NCBI GenBank assembly: GCA_016206815.1
Contig: JACQQT010000062.1
Span: forward strand, 1 to 34,195
Direction of reading: 5' to 3'
Source: Candidatus Omnitrophota bacterium
Lineage (GTDB): Bacteria; Omnitrophota; Omnitrophia; Omnitrophales; Danuiimicrobiaceae
DNA length: 34,195 nucleotides
Below, in pieces: positions 1 through 8,801 of this stretch. Numbering within the stretch: position 1 is the stretch's first letter; each line of letters starts with the position of its first letter. The translations under genes were made by a program, and so were the position numbers. The notes beneath the pieces are model-generated. The model was not told the DNA's origin, did no database searches, and saw only the letters and a list, made by a program, of their open reading frames with translations.

Positions 1-3
1 AAT

Positions 4-1320
4 TTGAAGACACAGAAAAACATTGCACTAGAAATTCTCAAGAAATTGAATCAGAAAGGTTTTCTTTCTTATTTTGCAGGCGGGTGTGTGCGCGACTTAT
101 TAATGAAAAAACCGCCCAAAGACTACGACATCGCAACGACCGCAAAACCTCAAGAAGTAGAACAGTTGTTTCCTAAATCGATTCCGGTCGGGAAACAATT
201 TGGCGTGACCATTGTCGTCCATCGGGGATGGCAGTTTGAAGTTGCTACTTTCCGCCGGGAAGGCGCTTATTTAGACGGACGCCATCCAGAGGAGGTGTCC
301 TTTACCGACCCTGAGGAAGACGCAAAGCGCCGCGATTTTACGGTGAATGGCCTTTTTTACGATCCCATCCGGCGTCGGGTGATTGACTATGTGGAAGGCC
401 GGCAAGATATTCAAAGGAAGCAAATTCGTACGATCGGGGAGCCGGAGGCACGATTTAGCGAGGACAAACTCCGGTTGTTAAGGGCTGTGCGTTTTGCCGC
501 AAATCTAAATTTTACGATCCACCCCAAAACATGGCAGGCTATCCGGAAGTTAAAGAAAGAAATCCACTCCGTCAGCCAAGAACGCATCCGAGATGAATTG
601 ATCAAACTGTTCACACGCCCTCATGCGGGCCGCGGTCTTGAACTTTTGTCGGAAAGCGGGCTCCTTCGTGAAATCCTTCCCGAAGTGGAAGCCATGAAGG
701 GGGTCGAACAGCCGCCGGAGTTTCATCCGGAGGGTGACGTTTTTATTCACACGAAAATGCTATTGGATCAGCTCGCAGGTGCATCTCCAACCTTGGCGTT
801 CGGGGCGCTTCTCCATGATGTTGGGAAACCGCCGACATTTTCCGATGAAGGAGAACGCATTCACTTTTATAATCATCAAAGGGTGGGTGCCGATATGGCT
901 CGTGAAATATTAACTCGATTGCGGTTTTCAAATCACGAAATTGAAGAAGTGGTTTCCTGTGTTGACAATCATATGAAATTTGCCAATGTCAAGGAAATGC
1001 GGTTGGGAAAACTGAAACAATTCATCAGCCGGGACAATTTTCCGGTTGAGCTCGAGCTCCACCGGATAGATTGCCTGGCAAGCCACGGAAAGCTTGAATT
1101 GCACCGTTTTCTGAAACGCAAGCTCAAGGAATTTAAGGCGCAAGCGCTGAAACCAGATCGGCTGCTCACGGGCCATGATTTAATTCACCTCGGAATCAAA
1201 CCGGGGCCGATTATGAAGGAGATTTTAGAAGAGGCTTATACGCTTCAGCTTGAAGGTAAAGTTACATCACGCGATGAAGCAATCGCGTGGGTTCGCCAAG
1301 CGTTTAAAAAAGAGGGGTGA
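4..1320 (+). CDS. cca: CCA-adding tRNA nucleotidyltransferase (class II nucleotidyltransferase head plus C-terminal HD domain)
   Basis: 438-aa ORF with GGCVRD...DYD nucleotidyltransferase signature, RRDFTVNG, EDKLRLLRAVRF and a C-terminal HD motif (LLHDVGKP). The TTG start is 3 nt from the window edge, so the true start could lie upstream, although N-terminal length is typical for the family. Confidence 0.85.
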   Translation: MKTQKNIALEILKKLNQKGFLSYFAGGCVRDLLMKKPPKDYDIATTAKPQEVEQLFPKSIPVGKQFGVTIVVHRGWQFEVATFRREGAYLDGRHPEEVSFTDPEEDAKRRDFTVNGLFYDPIRRRVIDYVEGRQDIQRKQIRTIGEPEARFSEDKLRLLRAVRFAANLNFTIHPKTWQAIRKLKKEIHSVSQERIRDELIKLFTRPHAGRGLELLSESGLLREILPEVEAMKGVEQPPEFHPEGDVFIHTKMLLDQLAGASPTLAFGALLHDVGKPPTFSDEGERIHFYNHQRVGADMAREILTRLRFSNHEIEEVVSCVDNHMKFANVKEMRLGKLKQFISRDNFPVELELHRIDCLASHGKLELHRFLKRKLKEFKAQALKPDRLLTGHDLIHLGIKPGPIMKEILEEAYTLQLEGKVTSRDEAIAWVRQAFKKEG

Positions 1321-1872
1321 ATGATGATCGTCGCCATTACCGTAACGGGCAAAGACCGACCGGGAATTATCGCAGCTTTAACAGAGATGCTTTATCAAGC
1401 CGGCTGTAATTTAGAGGATGTCAGTATGACGGTTTTAGAAGGGGAGTTTGCCATGATTTGTTTGGCTGCCGTCAAAGCCGGGAAGTCGTATCCGTTGTTA
1501 CAGGCAAAACTCAAGCAGGCGGAGAAACGGCTTCATCTTACGATTTCCGTAAGGCTGATTCAGCACCGCTTGATTCGCGGAGAGAAACATCCATCTGGAA
1601 CAAAGCCTTGGCTTGTTTCGGTTCTTGGAAAGGATCGTGCGGGGATTGTGTATCATGTTTCTAGGACACTGGCAAAACACAAACTCAATATCACAGATCT
1701 TAATTCAAAGATTATGGGTCGTGAAAAGAAAACAGCTTATGCACTTGTGCTGGAGGTGGATGTCCCAAATCGAAAAAACCTTTTAGGTCTGCTAAAGCGG
1801 GAATTCAATTTACTTCAAAAAAAATTGAATGTGACCATTACGCTCAATCCGGTTGATCCCGTTCAGTTTTAA
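1321..1872 (+). CDS. Tandem ACT-domain protein (GcvR-like small-molecule-binding regulator)
   Basis: 183 aa. Two internal repeats each open with an ACT-type beta1-loop motif (ITVTGKDRPGIIAAL and VSVLGKDRAGIVYHV). The start abuts the cca stop (TGAATG) and def begins 2 nt after its stop. Confidence 0.7.
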   Translation: MMIVAITVTGKDRPGIIAALTEMLYQAGCNLEDVSMTVLEGEFAMICLAAVKAGKSYPLLQAKLKQAEKRLHLTISVRLIQHRLIRGEKHPSGTKPWLVSVLGKDRAGIVYHVSRTLAKHKLNITDLNSKIMGREKKTAYALVLEVDVPNRKNLLGLLKREFNLLQKKLNVTITLNPVDPVQF

Positions 1873-1874
1873 TC

Positions 1875-2369
1875 ATGTCTCAAGCTTCCGTTCTCAAGTT
1901 TCCAGATTTCGTTTTAAGGCGGATCTCAAAACCGGTTCAACACATCGGCCGGTCGGAGCGTCACTTGATCGAACTTCTCATTAAAACGATGGAGCATCAA
2001 CCCGGCGGCATTGGGATAGCAGCTCCTCAGATCGGGGTTTTGAGACGAATCGCCATTGTGGATGTGTCACCGAAGGCGGCCGACGCCAGGCGTTTAATCC
2101 TCATTAACCCCGAAATCGTCAAAATGGAAGAAGAAACGGTCAATCGCGAGGGCTGTATGAGTTTACCCGATTATACTGCAAATGTAAGGCGTGCCGCTCG
2201 GATTCTAGTTCGCTGGGACAACTACGACATGAAACGATGTGAATACGAGGCCAAAGGCTTGGAAGCCCGCTGTATCCAGCATGAAGTGGACCACTTAAAC
2301 GGCATGTTGTTTGTGGATCGCGTAGCTTCTCTTAAACGTGATGTTTTTAGGCGGAAGCGTTACTTATGA
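1875..2369 (+). CDS. def: Peptide deformylase
   Basis: All three PDF motifs are present: GIGIAAPQIG, EGCMSLP (Cys metal ligand) and HEVDHLNG (HExxH). Size is 164 aa. No fmt follows it. Confidence 0.93.
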   Translation: MSQASVLKFPDFVLRRISKPVQHIGRSERHLIELLIKTMEHQPGGIGIAAPQIGVLRRIAIVDVSPKAADARRLILINPEIVKMEEETVNREGCMSLPDYTANVRRAARILVRWDNYDMKRCEYEAKGLEARCIQHEVDHLNGMLFVDRVASLKRDVFRRKRYL

Positions 2370-2489
2370 GCAAGAAGAGGTTTTATGGGATCGGTCCAAC
2401 CGGATTACATTGGTTTATTTAACGTCCGATAATGTATCTTATGTAAAGTAAATACAGTTAAATTGGAAAGATCAGACACCCCGTCTAGA

Positions 2490-2933
2490 TCACGGCAGCA
2501 ATGAAGAAGCAATTTGACTGATTTGTTTTCCATCCGCTCGGCCCCGAACTTTCAACATAACCGCCTTCATCACTTTGCCGATATCTGCCTTGGTTTTCGC
2601 GCCCGTCGCCTGGATTGCTTCTTGAATGAGGCCCTCCAGATCGCTTTCACTGAGGGGCCGTGGTAGATACTGCCCCAAGATGCCAATCTCTTCACTTTCT
2701 TTTCCGGCAAGGTCTGGGCGGCCTGCTTTTTCGTATTCTTGGACCGAATCCTTCCGTTGTTTGACCTGTTTTTGGATCACTTCCAGGAGGTCATCTTCAG
2801 AGAGCGCTTTCACTTTTTTTTCGATCTCCCTATTTTTAATGGCAGCTTTTAACATTCGAATCGTTCGCAGTGCGGCTTCCTTTTTCTCTTTCATTGCGGT
2901 TTTCATATCAGTTTCGATTCGTTCATATAACAT
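2490..2933 (-). CDS. yqeY: GatB/YqeY-domain protein
   Basis: 147-aa helical K/E-rich protein. The N-terminus (MKTAMKEKKEAALRTIRMLKAAIKNREIE) and C-terminus (GAKTKADIGKVMKAVM) match the YqeY family pattern. AGGAGG RBS lies 7-8 nt upstream. Confidence 0.82.
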   Translation of the reverse strand: MLYERIETDMKTAMKEKKEAALRTIRMLKAAIKNREIEKKVKALSEDDLLEVIQKQVKQRKDSVQEYEKAGRPDLAGKESEEIGILGQYLPRPLSESDLEGLIQEAIQATGAKTKADIGKVMKAVMLKVRGRADGKQISQIASSLLP

Positions 2934-2960
2934 TTAAGAGATCCTCCTGTGGTGTTCTGG

Positions 2961-3938
2961 CTACCAGTCTTTAACGGGTTCGTGGTCAGCATCTTGTTGC
3001 TTGGGACGTTTCAAAATTTGAAGTTCTTGTTCCGACTCCCTTAAGGCGTCAAGGATTCGCAAGGCGTTTTCTTTAGACATTTGGCCCTGAAGCAAAGGTC
3101 GAGCGGCCTGGCTTTGCTCATCTTTTGAGCCGGGTTTTGGTTGGGCACCTTGAAGTTCCGCAGGCGTTGGTTGTTCTCCTTGTTTTTCCTCTTGTTTTTG
3201 GTCCTTTTTCTCACTTTCTTTTCCTTCTTGAGCTGGTTCGGCCTCCGTTTCTTGTTCTTGACCTTCTTCTTTTTTGCTTTCTTCGCCTTTTATTTCTTTA
3301 CTTTCGGCTTGCTGCGGTTCGCGGCTTTGCTCTTCCGGCTTGCCCTGTTGGTCTTTTTCTTGCGATTGGGACTGCCCCTCTTGATTTTTTTGGTCGCTTC
3401 CGCTTCCCCCCTGTTGTTGGGGCTGCTGGCGCTGGGATTGAGACGGTTGCGGCTTATTTTTTTGTTCCTCATCACGCTTGTCTTGCTTGATATCAAAAAT
3501 TTTCTTTTGTTTTTGGAGAAGTTCCAAATTGAATTTCGCATCCTGATCGCTAGGATTCAGATGAAGCGCTTCCCGGTATGCCTGAATGGCTTTGTCGAAT
3601 TGACCCAAACGATACTGCGTATTCCCGTAGTTATACCAGGCCTCTGCCTTCAAGTCTTTGGTTTTAGCGTTTGCGACTGAGCGCTCAAGCTGTGTGTCGG
3701 CTTCTTGAAATTGGTCTAATTGATAAAGGGTAGTGCCCAAATTATAGCGGATGGTTGAGTTGTCCGGACTTTTGATTTGAGCTTTTCGGAAAGCATCTAA
3801 GGCAGATTCGTAGCGTCTTTCTTTATAATGTTCGCCGGCTTTTTGGTTGAGACCCGAGGTAGTATCAAAGAAACCGCTGAAAAGCAAAATTGTCAACGCG
3901 GAAAGAAAACTTGTCCTCAGAATGCGGTGTTTAGACAT
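2961..3938 (-). CDS. batC: BatC-like TPR protein with N-terminal membrane anchor/signal and long Q/E/K-rich disordered linker
   Basis: Hydrophobic N-terminus, then about 3 TPR repeats (AxxxFxKA / YNLGxxxY patterns). A low-complexity stretch of roughly 150 aa follows. The C-terminal helix MSKENALRILDALRESEQELQ...KDW resembles the BatC tail, which ends in W. Start overlaps the batB stop by 8 nt. Confidence 0.72.
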   Translation of the reverse strand: MSKHRILRTSFLSALTILLFSGFFDTTSGLNQKAGEHYKERRYESALDAFRKAQIKSPDNSTIRYNLGTTLYQLDQFQEADTQLERSVANAKTKDLKAEAWYNYGNTQYRLGQFDKAIQAYREALHLNPSDQDAKFNLELLQKQKKIFDIKQDKRDEEQKNKPQPSQSQRQQPQQQGGSGSDQKNQEGQSQSQEKDQQGKPEEQSREPQQAESKEIKGEESKKEEGQEQETEAEPAQEGKESEKKDQKQEEKQGEQPTPAELQGAQPKPGSKDEQSQAARPLLQGQMSKENALRILDALRESEQELQILKRPKQQDADHEPVKDW

Positions 3939-4947
3939 GGCTTTTTTCCATTTGTTTTGTGGGATTCATCAGCATTTCCAGCAGAAGCAGGAACACGGCA
4001 AAAGCGAGGAAAAACTGGTAATGGTTTTCTCTTTCAACCACCAGCCGTTGTTTGAATTCTTTTTTTTCCAAATTTTGTGTGTGTTGATAAATCCAGTCAA
4101 TTTCGCGGCCGCTTGGAGAGGCTTGGATGTAAAGGCCCCCGGTTTTATCTGAAATTTGTTTGAGCAGGTCTTCGTTCAGTTTTGTAATGACGACTTCACC
4201 GGAGCGGTCTTTTTTGTATCCGCTGATTTTTTTATTTTCGGACCGGAGCGGAATCGGGGCTCCGTCTTGGGTACCAATTCCGATCGCATAGATTCGGATG
4301 TTAGCTTCCTGGGCCATGGTGATGGCAGCGTCGGTATTTCCTTCCAGATCCTCTCCGTCGCTCAATAAGATCATCACGTGATTTTTTTGTTTTGATTCGG
4401 GAAACGCTTTAATGGCAGACCGAATGGCTTCGCTGAGCGAGGTTCCGGCATCCGGGATATAGCCGACTCGGATAGAATTCGCAAATAAGAGAAAAGCGTC
4501 ATAATCTAGCGTCAAGGGCGATTGAATGAATCCGGAACCGGCGAAGGTAACGATTCCGATTCGGTCTCCCTTTAACGATCGCAGAAAAGATTTCAGTTCA
4601 AGCTTCGCTTTTTCAATTCGGCTCGGCGGCACATCTTCTGCCAGCATGCTAAGAGAAGTGTCTACCAAAAAGATAATTTCAACTCCCTGTCGTTTAATTT
4701 CTTTTTTTATCTCACCCCACTGCGGTTGAGCCAGCGTCAGTACCAGCAAACTAAGTGCCATAAGCACCAAGCCTTGTTTGAACCGTTCTTTTCCTCTGGA
4801 GTGCGATCGGGTCAGAAATTGAGCGGTTTCTGAATCCGCGAATTGACTGAGCAGTTTTTGTTTTCTCCGGGCAGTCCACACGAAAAAGACGAGAACTGCG
4901 ATGAGCAGCCAGAAACCGTTGAGCCATTCAGGGTATAGAAATTGCAT
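3931..4947 (-). CDS. batB: Membrane-anchored von Willebrand factor A protein (BatB-like)
   Basis: N-terminal two-TM hairpin. VWA MIDAS motif is present (VDTSLSM = DxSxS, later SDGED). A C-terminal TM follows (YQFFLAFAVFLLLL). Confidence 0.82.
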   Translation of the reverse strand: MQFLYPEWLNGFWLLIAVLVFFVWTARRKQKLLSQFADSETAQFLTRSHSRGKERFKQGLVLMALSLLVLTLAQPQWGEIKKEIKRQGVEIIFLVDTSLSMLAEDVPPSRIEKAKLELKSFLRSLKGDRIGIVTFAGSGFIQSPLTLDYDAFLLFANSIRVGYIPDAGTSLSEAIRSAIKAFPESKQKNHVMILLSDGEDLEGNTDAAITMAQEANIRIYAIGIGTQDGAPIPLRSENKKISGYKKDRSGEVVITKLNEDLLKQISDKTGGLYIQASPSGREIDWIYQHTQNLEKKEFKQRLVVERENHYQFFLAFAVFLLLLEMLMNPTKQMEKSHV

Positions 4948-4954
4948 ATTTCTC

Positions 4955-5941
4955 CTACGGTAATTTTAAGAAAGCCGTGTTTTCCAGCAACAATTGCAGA
5001 AGGAACACCAAAACACCCGGGATTAAGAACCAACGGTAAAGCTCCTGATAACTTGCATACTCTTTCACTTTCACCTCGGTCGTTTCCAAGGAATTGATTT
5101 TTTTATACGCTTGAGCAAGCGCTTCAGCATCGCCCGCCGCAAAGTAGTGTCCGTCTGCGATGTCGGCAATACGCTTTAACGTTTTTTCGTCCACTTTTAC
5201 CTCTGCTTGCACGTATCGCTTTCCAAAAATGGGATCCTCAATCGGAAAGGGAACCAGCCCTCCCCTGCCAATCGAAATGGTGTAGATCCGGATTCCGAAA
5301 CTTTTTGCAAGTTCAGCTGCCGTAATCGGATCCACGTTTCCGGCATTGTTCTCACCATCCGTTAATAAGATAATCACTTTGCTCTTGGCTGTGCTTTCGC
5401 GGAGACGGTTGACGGCCGTTCCGATCCCGAGACCGATCGCGGTTCCATCTTTAATGATTCCAACATCCACCTCGTCGATCAGCTCTTCTAGGATCCGATA
5501 ATCAAGCGTCAAAGGGCACTGAGTATAACCCTTTCTGGCAAATACAACGAGCCCAATCCGGTCATTTTCGCGTCCTTTGATAAACTTTTTCGCTTCTTCC
5601 TTTGCAACGGTAATTCGGTTGACCGGTTTAAAATCTTCGGCGAGCATGGAACCCGAAATATCGAGTGCCAGCACCATATCGATTCCTTTGGTTTCATATT
5701 CCCGTTCCGCATCCACTTTCTGAGGACGGGCGAGCGCTACCACCATTAGTGTAAAGGCCAGAAACCGTAATGCCGGGAGAATCCAACGAAGATGGAATCG
5801 TTGTTGTGTGACAACGTTTTTAATTTCTCCCAGCGCTGAGAACTGTATGACGCTGCGCTTCCTTTTTCGCTCGAAAAGGTAATAGACGATCGGAAAGATG
5901 AGCAAGATGAGAAGATAAATAGGCGATTGAAATCGGAACAT
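4955..5941 (-). CDS. batA: Membrane-anchored von Willebrand factor A protein (BatA-like)
   Basis: N-terminal TM pair, MIDAS LDISGSM (DxSxS), LTDGENN, and a C-terminal TM (WFLIPGVLVFLLQLLL). Confidence 0.82.
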   Translation of the reverse strand: MFRFQSPIYLLILLIFPIVYYLFERKRKRSVIQFSALGEIKNVVTQQRFHLRWILPALRFLAFTLMVVALARPQKVDAEREYETKGIDMVLALDISGSMLAEDFKPVNRITVAKEEAKKFIKGRENDRIGLVVFARKGYTQCPLTLDYRILEELIDEVDVGIIKDGTAIGLGIGTAVNRLRESTAKSKVIILLTDGENNAGNVDPITAAELAKSFGIRIYTISIGRGGLVPFPIEDPIFGKRYVQAEVKVDEKTLKRIADIADGHYFAAGDAEALAQAYKKINSLETTEVKVKEYASYQELYRWFLIPGVLVFLLQLLLENTAFLKLP

Positions 5942-5948
5942 TGCGGCT

Positions 5949-6905
5949 TTAGCTTTCCTTTACGGGTTCAACGACTTCGCTTACACTTTCTTCCTTTGTT
6001 TTGTCGACAATCAGTTTTGCCTGCGCATTTTGGTGTAAGATTTCAACGGGCAACGGATTGTACTTTGCAAATTTAACAAGATCACAAAAAGATAATACGT
6101 CCGTAATCGTTTCAAGAATTTCCGGCGGTAACAGCCGTTTAAGTGCTTCCAAAACTTCGTAAGAAGTTGATTCCAAGGCTCGAATTTCGTAGCGCCGTTC
6201 AAAATAACGTCGCAGAATTTCAGACATTCGCAAAAAGTAAAGTTTGACAAGACCCCGTTTGAGGAGATCCGAATGTTGAAGCTGACTCAGCGCATGATAG
6301 GCTTCCTCATGGGGGGTGGGGATTCGTTTTGAGTCTGCCTTACTTTGCGCTCGTTTTTGACGTTGATAATAAATCCAGCTAGCTGCGCCTGCGCCTAGCA
6401 TCAGGGCGATCATTAGAGACCACAGCCAGAAACGGCTCTGGATTTTGCGGACTCCCTTGACGCCACGAATGTCGCTCTCGGGAGCTTTATTTTTATCAAC
6501 GCTTTGGATCGTGATGTAGAGGCTGTTCGTTTTTAATTCTTTCACGGTTCCGTCGGCCGCTTGATATTGAATTGCGAAAGGATGGATGACGTATTCGCCT
6601 AACATATAATTGGTCAGGACGTAATTCTTCCCTTCTGAAATCTGCCCCTTTTCTTTGTGCGAAAACTCAGTCGAACGTTTCACCTCAAAATCATTGAAGG
6701 CATTCTGGGGGTTGATTTCGAGAATGTTTATTTCGGGCGGATGGATGACGGTAACGCGGAGATTAATCTCATCCCCAATGGTTGCAAAGGCGTGATCAAT
6801 TTCGACCTTTGCAGAAACATCCGATTGAGCCCCCGTCGCCAACAATGGATTCAAAACAAAAAGGAAGAGAAATGAGGTAAGAATTAAAGAATGGATTGGT
6901 CTCAT
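5949..6905 (-). CDS. Single-pass membrane protein: signal peptide, BatD-N-like beta-rich ectodomain, TM, DUF4381-like cytoplasmic helical domain
   Basis: Signal peptide MRPIHSLILTSFLFLFVLNPLLATGA; ectodomain of about 150 aa; TM FWLWSLMIALMLGAGAASWIYY. The C-terminal domain ends ...DVLSFCDLVKFAKYNP, a DUF4381-type motif recalled from memory. It occupies the slot between DUF58 and batA, as in Bacteroides-type bat operons. ATGA overlap with the DUF58 stop. Confidence 0.55.
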   Translation of the reverse strand: MRPIHSLILTSFLFLFVLNPLLATGAQSDVSAKVEIDHAFATIGDEINLRVTVIHPPEINILEINPQNAFNDFEVKRSTEFSHKEKGQISEGKNYVLTNYMLGEYVIHPFAIQYQAADGTVKELKTNSLYITIQSVDKNKAPESDIRGVKGVRKIQSRFWLWSLMIALMLGAGAASWIYYQRQKRAQSKADSKRIPTPHEEAYHALSQLQHSDLLKRGLVKLYFLRMSEILRRYFERRYEIRALESTSYEVLEALKRLLPPEILETITDVLSFCDLVKFAKYNPLPVEILHQNAQAKLIVDKTKEESVSEVVEPVKES

Positions 6906-7783
6906 TTGCGTTTCCGCGCTTCCCGAAGGCGGAAAAATTTAATCAAAGGGTTGATATAGGAAGTTCCCGCAACAATCTTGATTGAATCGATGCCGGTTAA
7001 CTTGAACAGAAGATCCAGTTGCTCTTGCCTTCGGAGCGCAGCCTTTTCATATTGATTTCTGAGGCCGGCATCACCGGTGTCTAACAGAATTGTCTCTTTG
7101 GTTTCGGCATCTTGAAGTTCAAGCCAGCCGCAAGACGGAAGTTTTTGTTCCCGTTGGTCAATGATTTGAACCGCAATTAAATCATGTTTCTGATGGAGAA
7201 TTTTGAGCGCTTTTTCGTAACCGCTGTCCAGAAAGTCCGAGATGACGAAAATAACGGCACTTCGGGTAAGGATGCGGTATAAGTGCTCCAGCGCAACGCG
7301 AAGATTTGTTTTTCGAGCGGTCGGCTGATAATAGAGGATTTCGCGCACTACCCGCAAGACGTGACTTTTCCCTTTTTTGGGAGGTACAAATTTTTCAATC
7401 CGATCCGTGTTGATGAGCAATCCGACTTTGTCGTTATTTTTGGTCGCAGAAAATGCAAGCAGACCGGCAATTTCGGCGGCGACCGTCGACTTTAGTTTTC
7501 CCTGAGATCCAAACTGCAGGGATTGAGATCCGTCGACCACAAAAACAACGGTTAGCTCGCGTTCTTCTATGAATTTTTTAACAAAGGGGTGTTGGGAGCG
7601 TGCAGTGACATTCCAGTCAATCGTGCGGATGTCATCGCCCGGGATATATTCGCGCACTTCTGAAAATTCCATCCCGCGACCTTTAAAAACCGATTCATAT
7701 TCCCCGCCGAAAAGGTCATTGACCAAACGAGTCGCACGGATCTCGATATGTTTAACCTGCTTGAGAATCTCTTTTGGAATCAC
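6902..7783 (-). CDS. DUF58 family protein (MoxR-associated, VWA-like)
   Basis: SVFKGRGMEFSEVREYIPGDDIRTIDWNVTAR is the hallmark DUF58 motif. It lies directly downstream of moxR. GTG start without an obvious SD, so the exact start is uncertain by a few codons. Confidence 0.85.
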   Translation of the reverse strand: MIPKEILKQVKHIEIRATRLVNDLFGGEYESVFKGRGMEFSEVREYIPGDDIRTIDWNVTARSQHPFVKKFIEERELTVVFVVDGSQSLQFGSQGKLKSTVAAEIAGLLAFSATKNNDKVGLLINTDRIEKFVPPKKGKSHVLRVVREILYYQPTARKTNLRVALEHLYRILTRSAVIFVISDFLDSGYEKALKILHQKHDLIAVQIIDQREQKLPSCGWLELQDAETKETILLDTGDAGLRNQYEKAALRRQEQLDLLFKLTGIDSIKIVAGTSYINPLIKFFRLREARKRK

Positions 7784-7797
7784 GGATTGAGTCTGGC

Positions 7798-8787
7798 TTA
7801 TGGGACTTCAATTTGATCGAAAATCTGGCCCAAGATTCGTTCTGAGGTCATTTCTTCCGCTTCTGCTTCATAGGTGACGATCACGCGATGGCGCAGGACA
7901 TCCAGCCCAATTTGTTTGACGTCTTCGGGGGTTGCATATCCTCTTCCTTTGAGAAAAGCATGCGCTTTGGCCGCCAGCGTCAGCATGATGCTGGCACGAG
8001 GAGATGCGCCGTAGGCAATCAACGGTTTTAGGTTTTCTAGTTTAAATTGCTCCGGGTAGCGTGTTGCAAAAACGATATCGAGAATATAATCTTTCACTTT
8101 CTCATCAATGTAGATTTGGTTGACGATTTTTCTGAGTTTTGAAATGGTTTGGGTGTCTAAGACCGGGGTGACTTCAATTTTTTGACCGGTTGACATCCGC
8201 TCCAAGATTTCCTTTTCCTCTTTTTTGTTTGGGTAAGAGATATTGAGTTTCATCATAAATCGGTCAATCTGCGCTTCAGGGAGTGGATAGGTCCCCTCTT
8301 GTTCAATCGGATTTTGGGTTGCGAGAACGAGAAAAGGTTCCGGCAGCAGAAAAGTTGACTCTCCTATCGTAACTTGATGTTCCTGCATCGCTTCCAACAG
8401 CGCGCTCTGGACTTTTGAGGGTGCGCGATTGATTTCATCGGCTAAAATAATATTTGCGAAGATCGGTCCTTTTTTGGTGGTGAAAGCCCCATCTTTTGGG
8501 TTGTAGACTAAGGTTCCGATCAAGTCCGCCGGCAACAAGTCCGGGGTAAACTGTAAGCGCTGAAATTTAGCGGCAATGGACTGAGCCAGCGTTTTGACCG
8601 ACATCGTTTTTGCGAGGCCCGGAACGCCTTCCAGTAAGATGTGTCCGTCCGCCAGGAGGCCGATTAAAAGGCGTTCAATCAGGTAGTGCTGTCCGACGAT
8701 TACTTTTCCGATTTCACGGAAAAGATTTTCGGTTGTTCCTTGAGCACTTTTCACCTGTTCCCCTACCTGTTTGACTGTCGTATCCAT
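7798..8787 (-). CDS. moxR: MoxR-family AAA+ ATPase
   Basis: Walker A GVPGLAKT, Walker B/sensor ILADEINRAPSKVQSALLEAMQE, followed by a MoxR-type C-terminal lid. GGAGG RBS upstream. Confidence 0.92.
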   Translation of the reverse strand: MDTTVKQVGEQVKSAQGTTENLFREIGKVIVGQHYLIERLLIGLLADGHILLEGVPGLAKTMSVKTLAQSIAAKFQRLQFTPDLLPADLIGTLVYNPKDGAFTTKKGPIFANIILADEINRAPSKVQSALLEAMQEHQVTIGESTFLLPEPFLVLATQNPIEQEGTYPLPEAQIDRFMMKLNISYPNKKEEKEILERMSTGQKIEVTPVLDTQTISKLRKIVNQIYIDEKVKDYILDIVFATRYPEQFKLENLKPLIAYGASPRASIMLTLAAKAHAFLKGRGYATPEDVKQIGLDVLRHRVIVTYEAEAEEMTSERILGQIFDQIEVP

Positions 8788-8801
8788 GATGCCTCCGTTT
8801 G

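Noticed and set aside
2370-2489. 120-bp convergent def/yqeY gap examined for a tRNA, sRNA or bidirectional terminator
   Set aside because: Only 4-5 bp stems are present (for example AGAC-N5-GTCT at 2474-2486 and CCAA-N10-TTGG at 2396-2413). There is no cloverleaf-compatible sequence or T-loop motif. The evidence is too weak to call.
3125-3680. Several overlapping ORFs (121, 179 and 83 aa) on both strands
   Set aside because: They are by-products of the compositionally skewed low-complexity tract that encodes the BatC-like linker. Stop codons are depleted in all frames and the products are poly-L/F/R nonsense.
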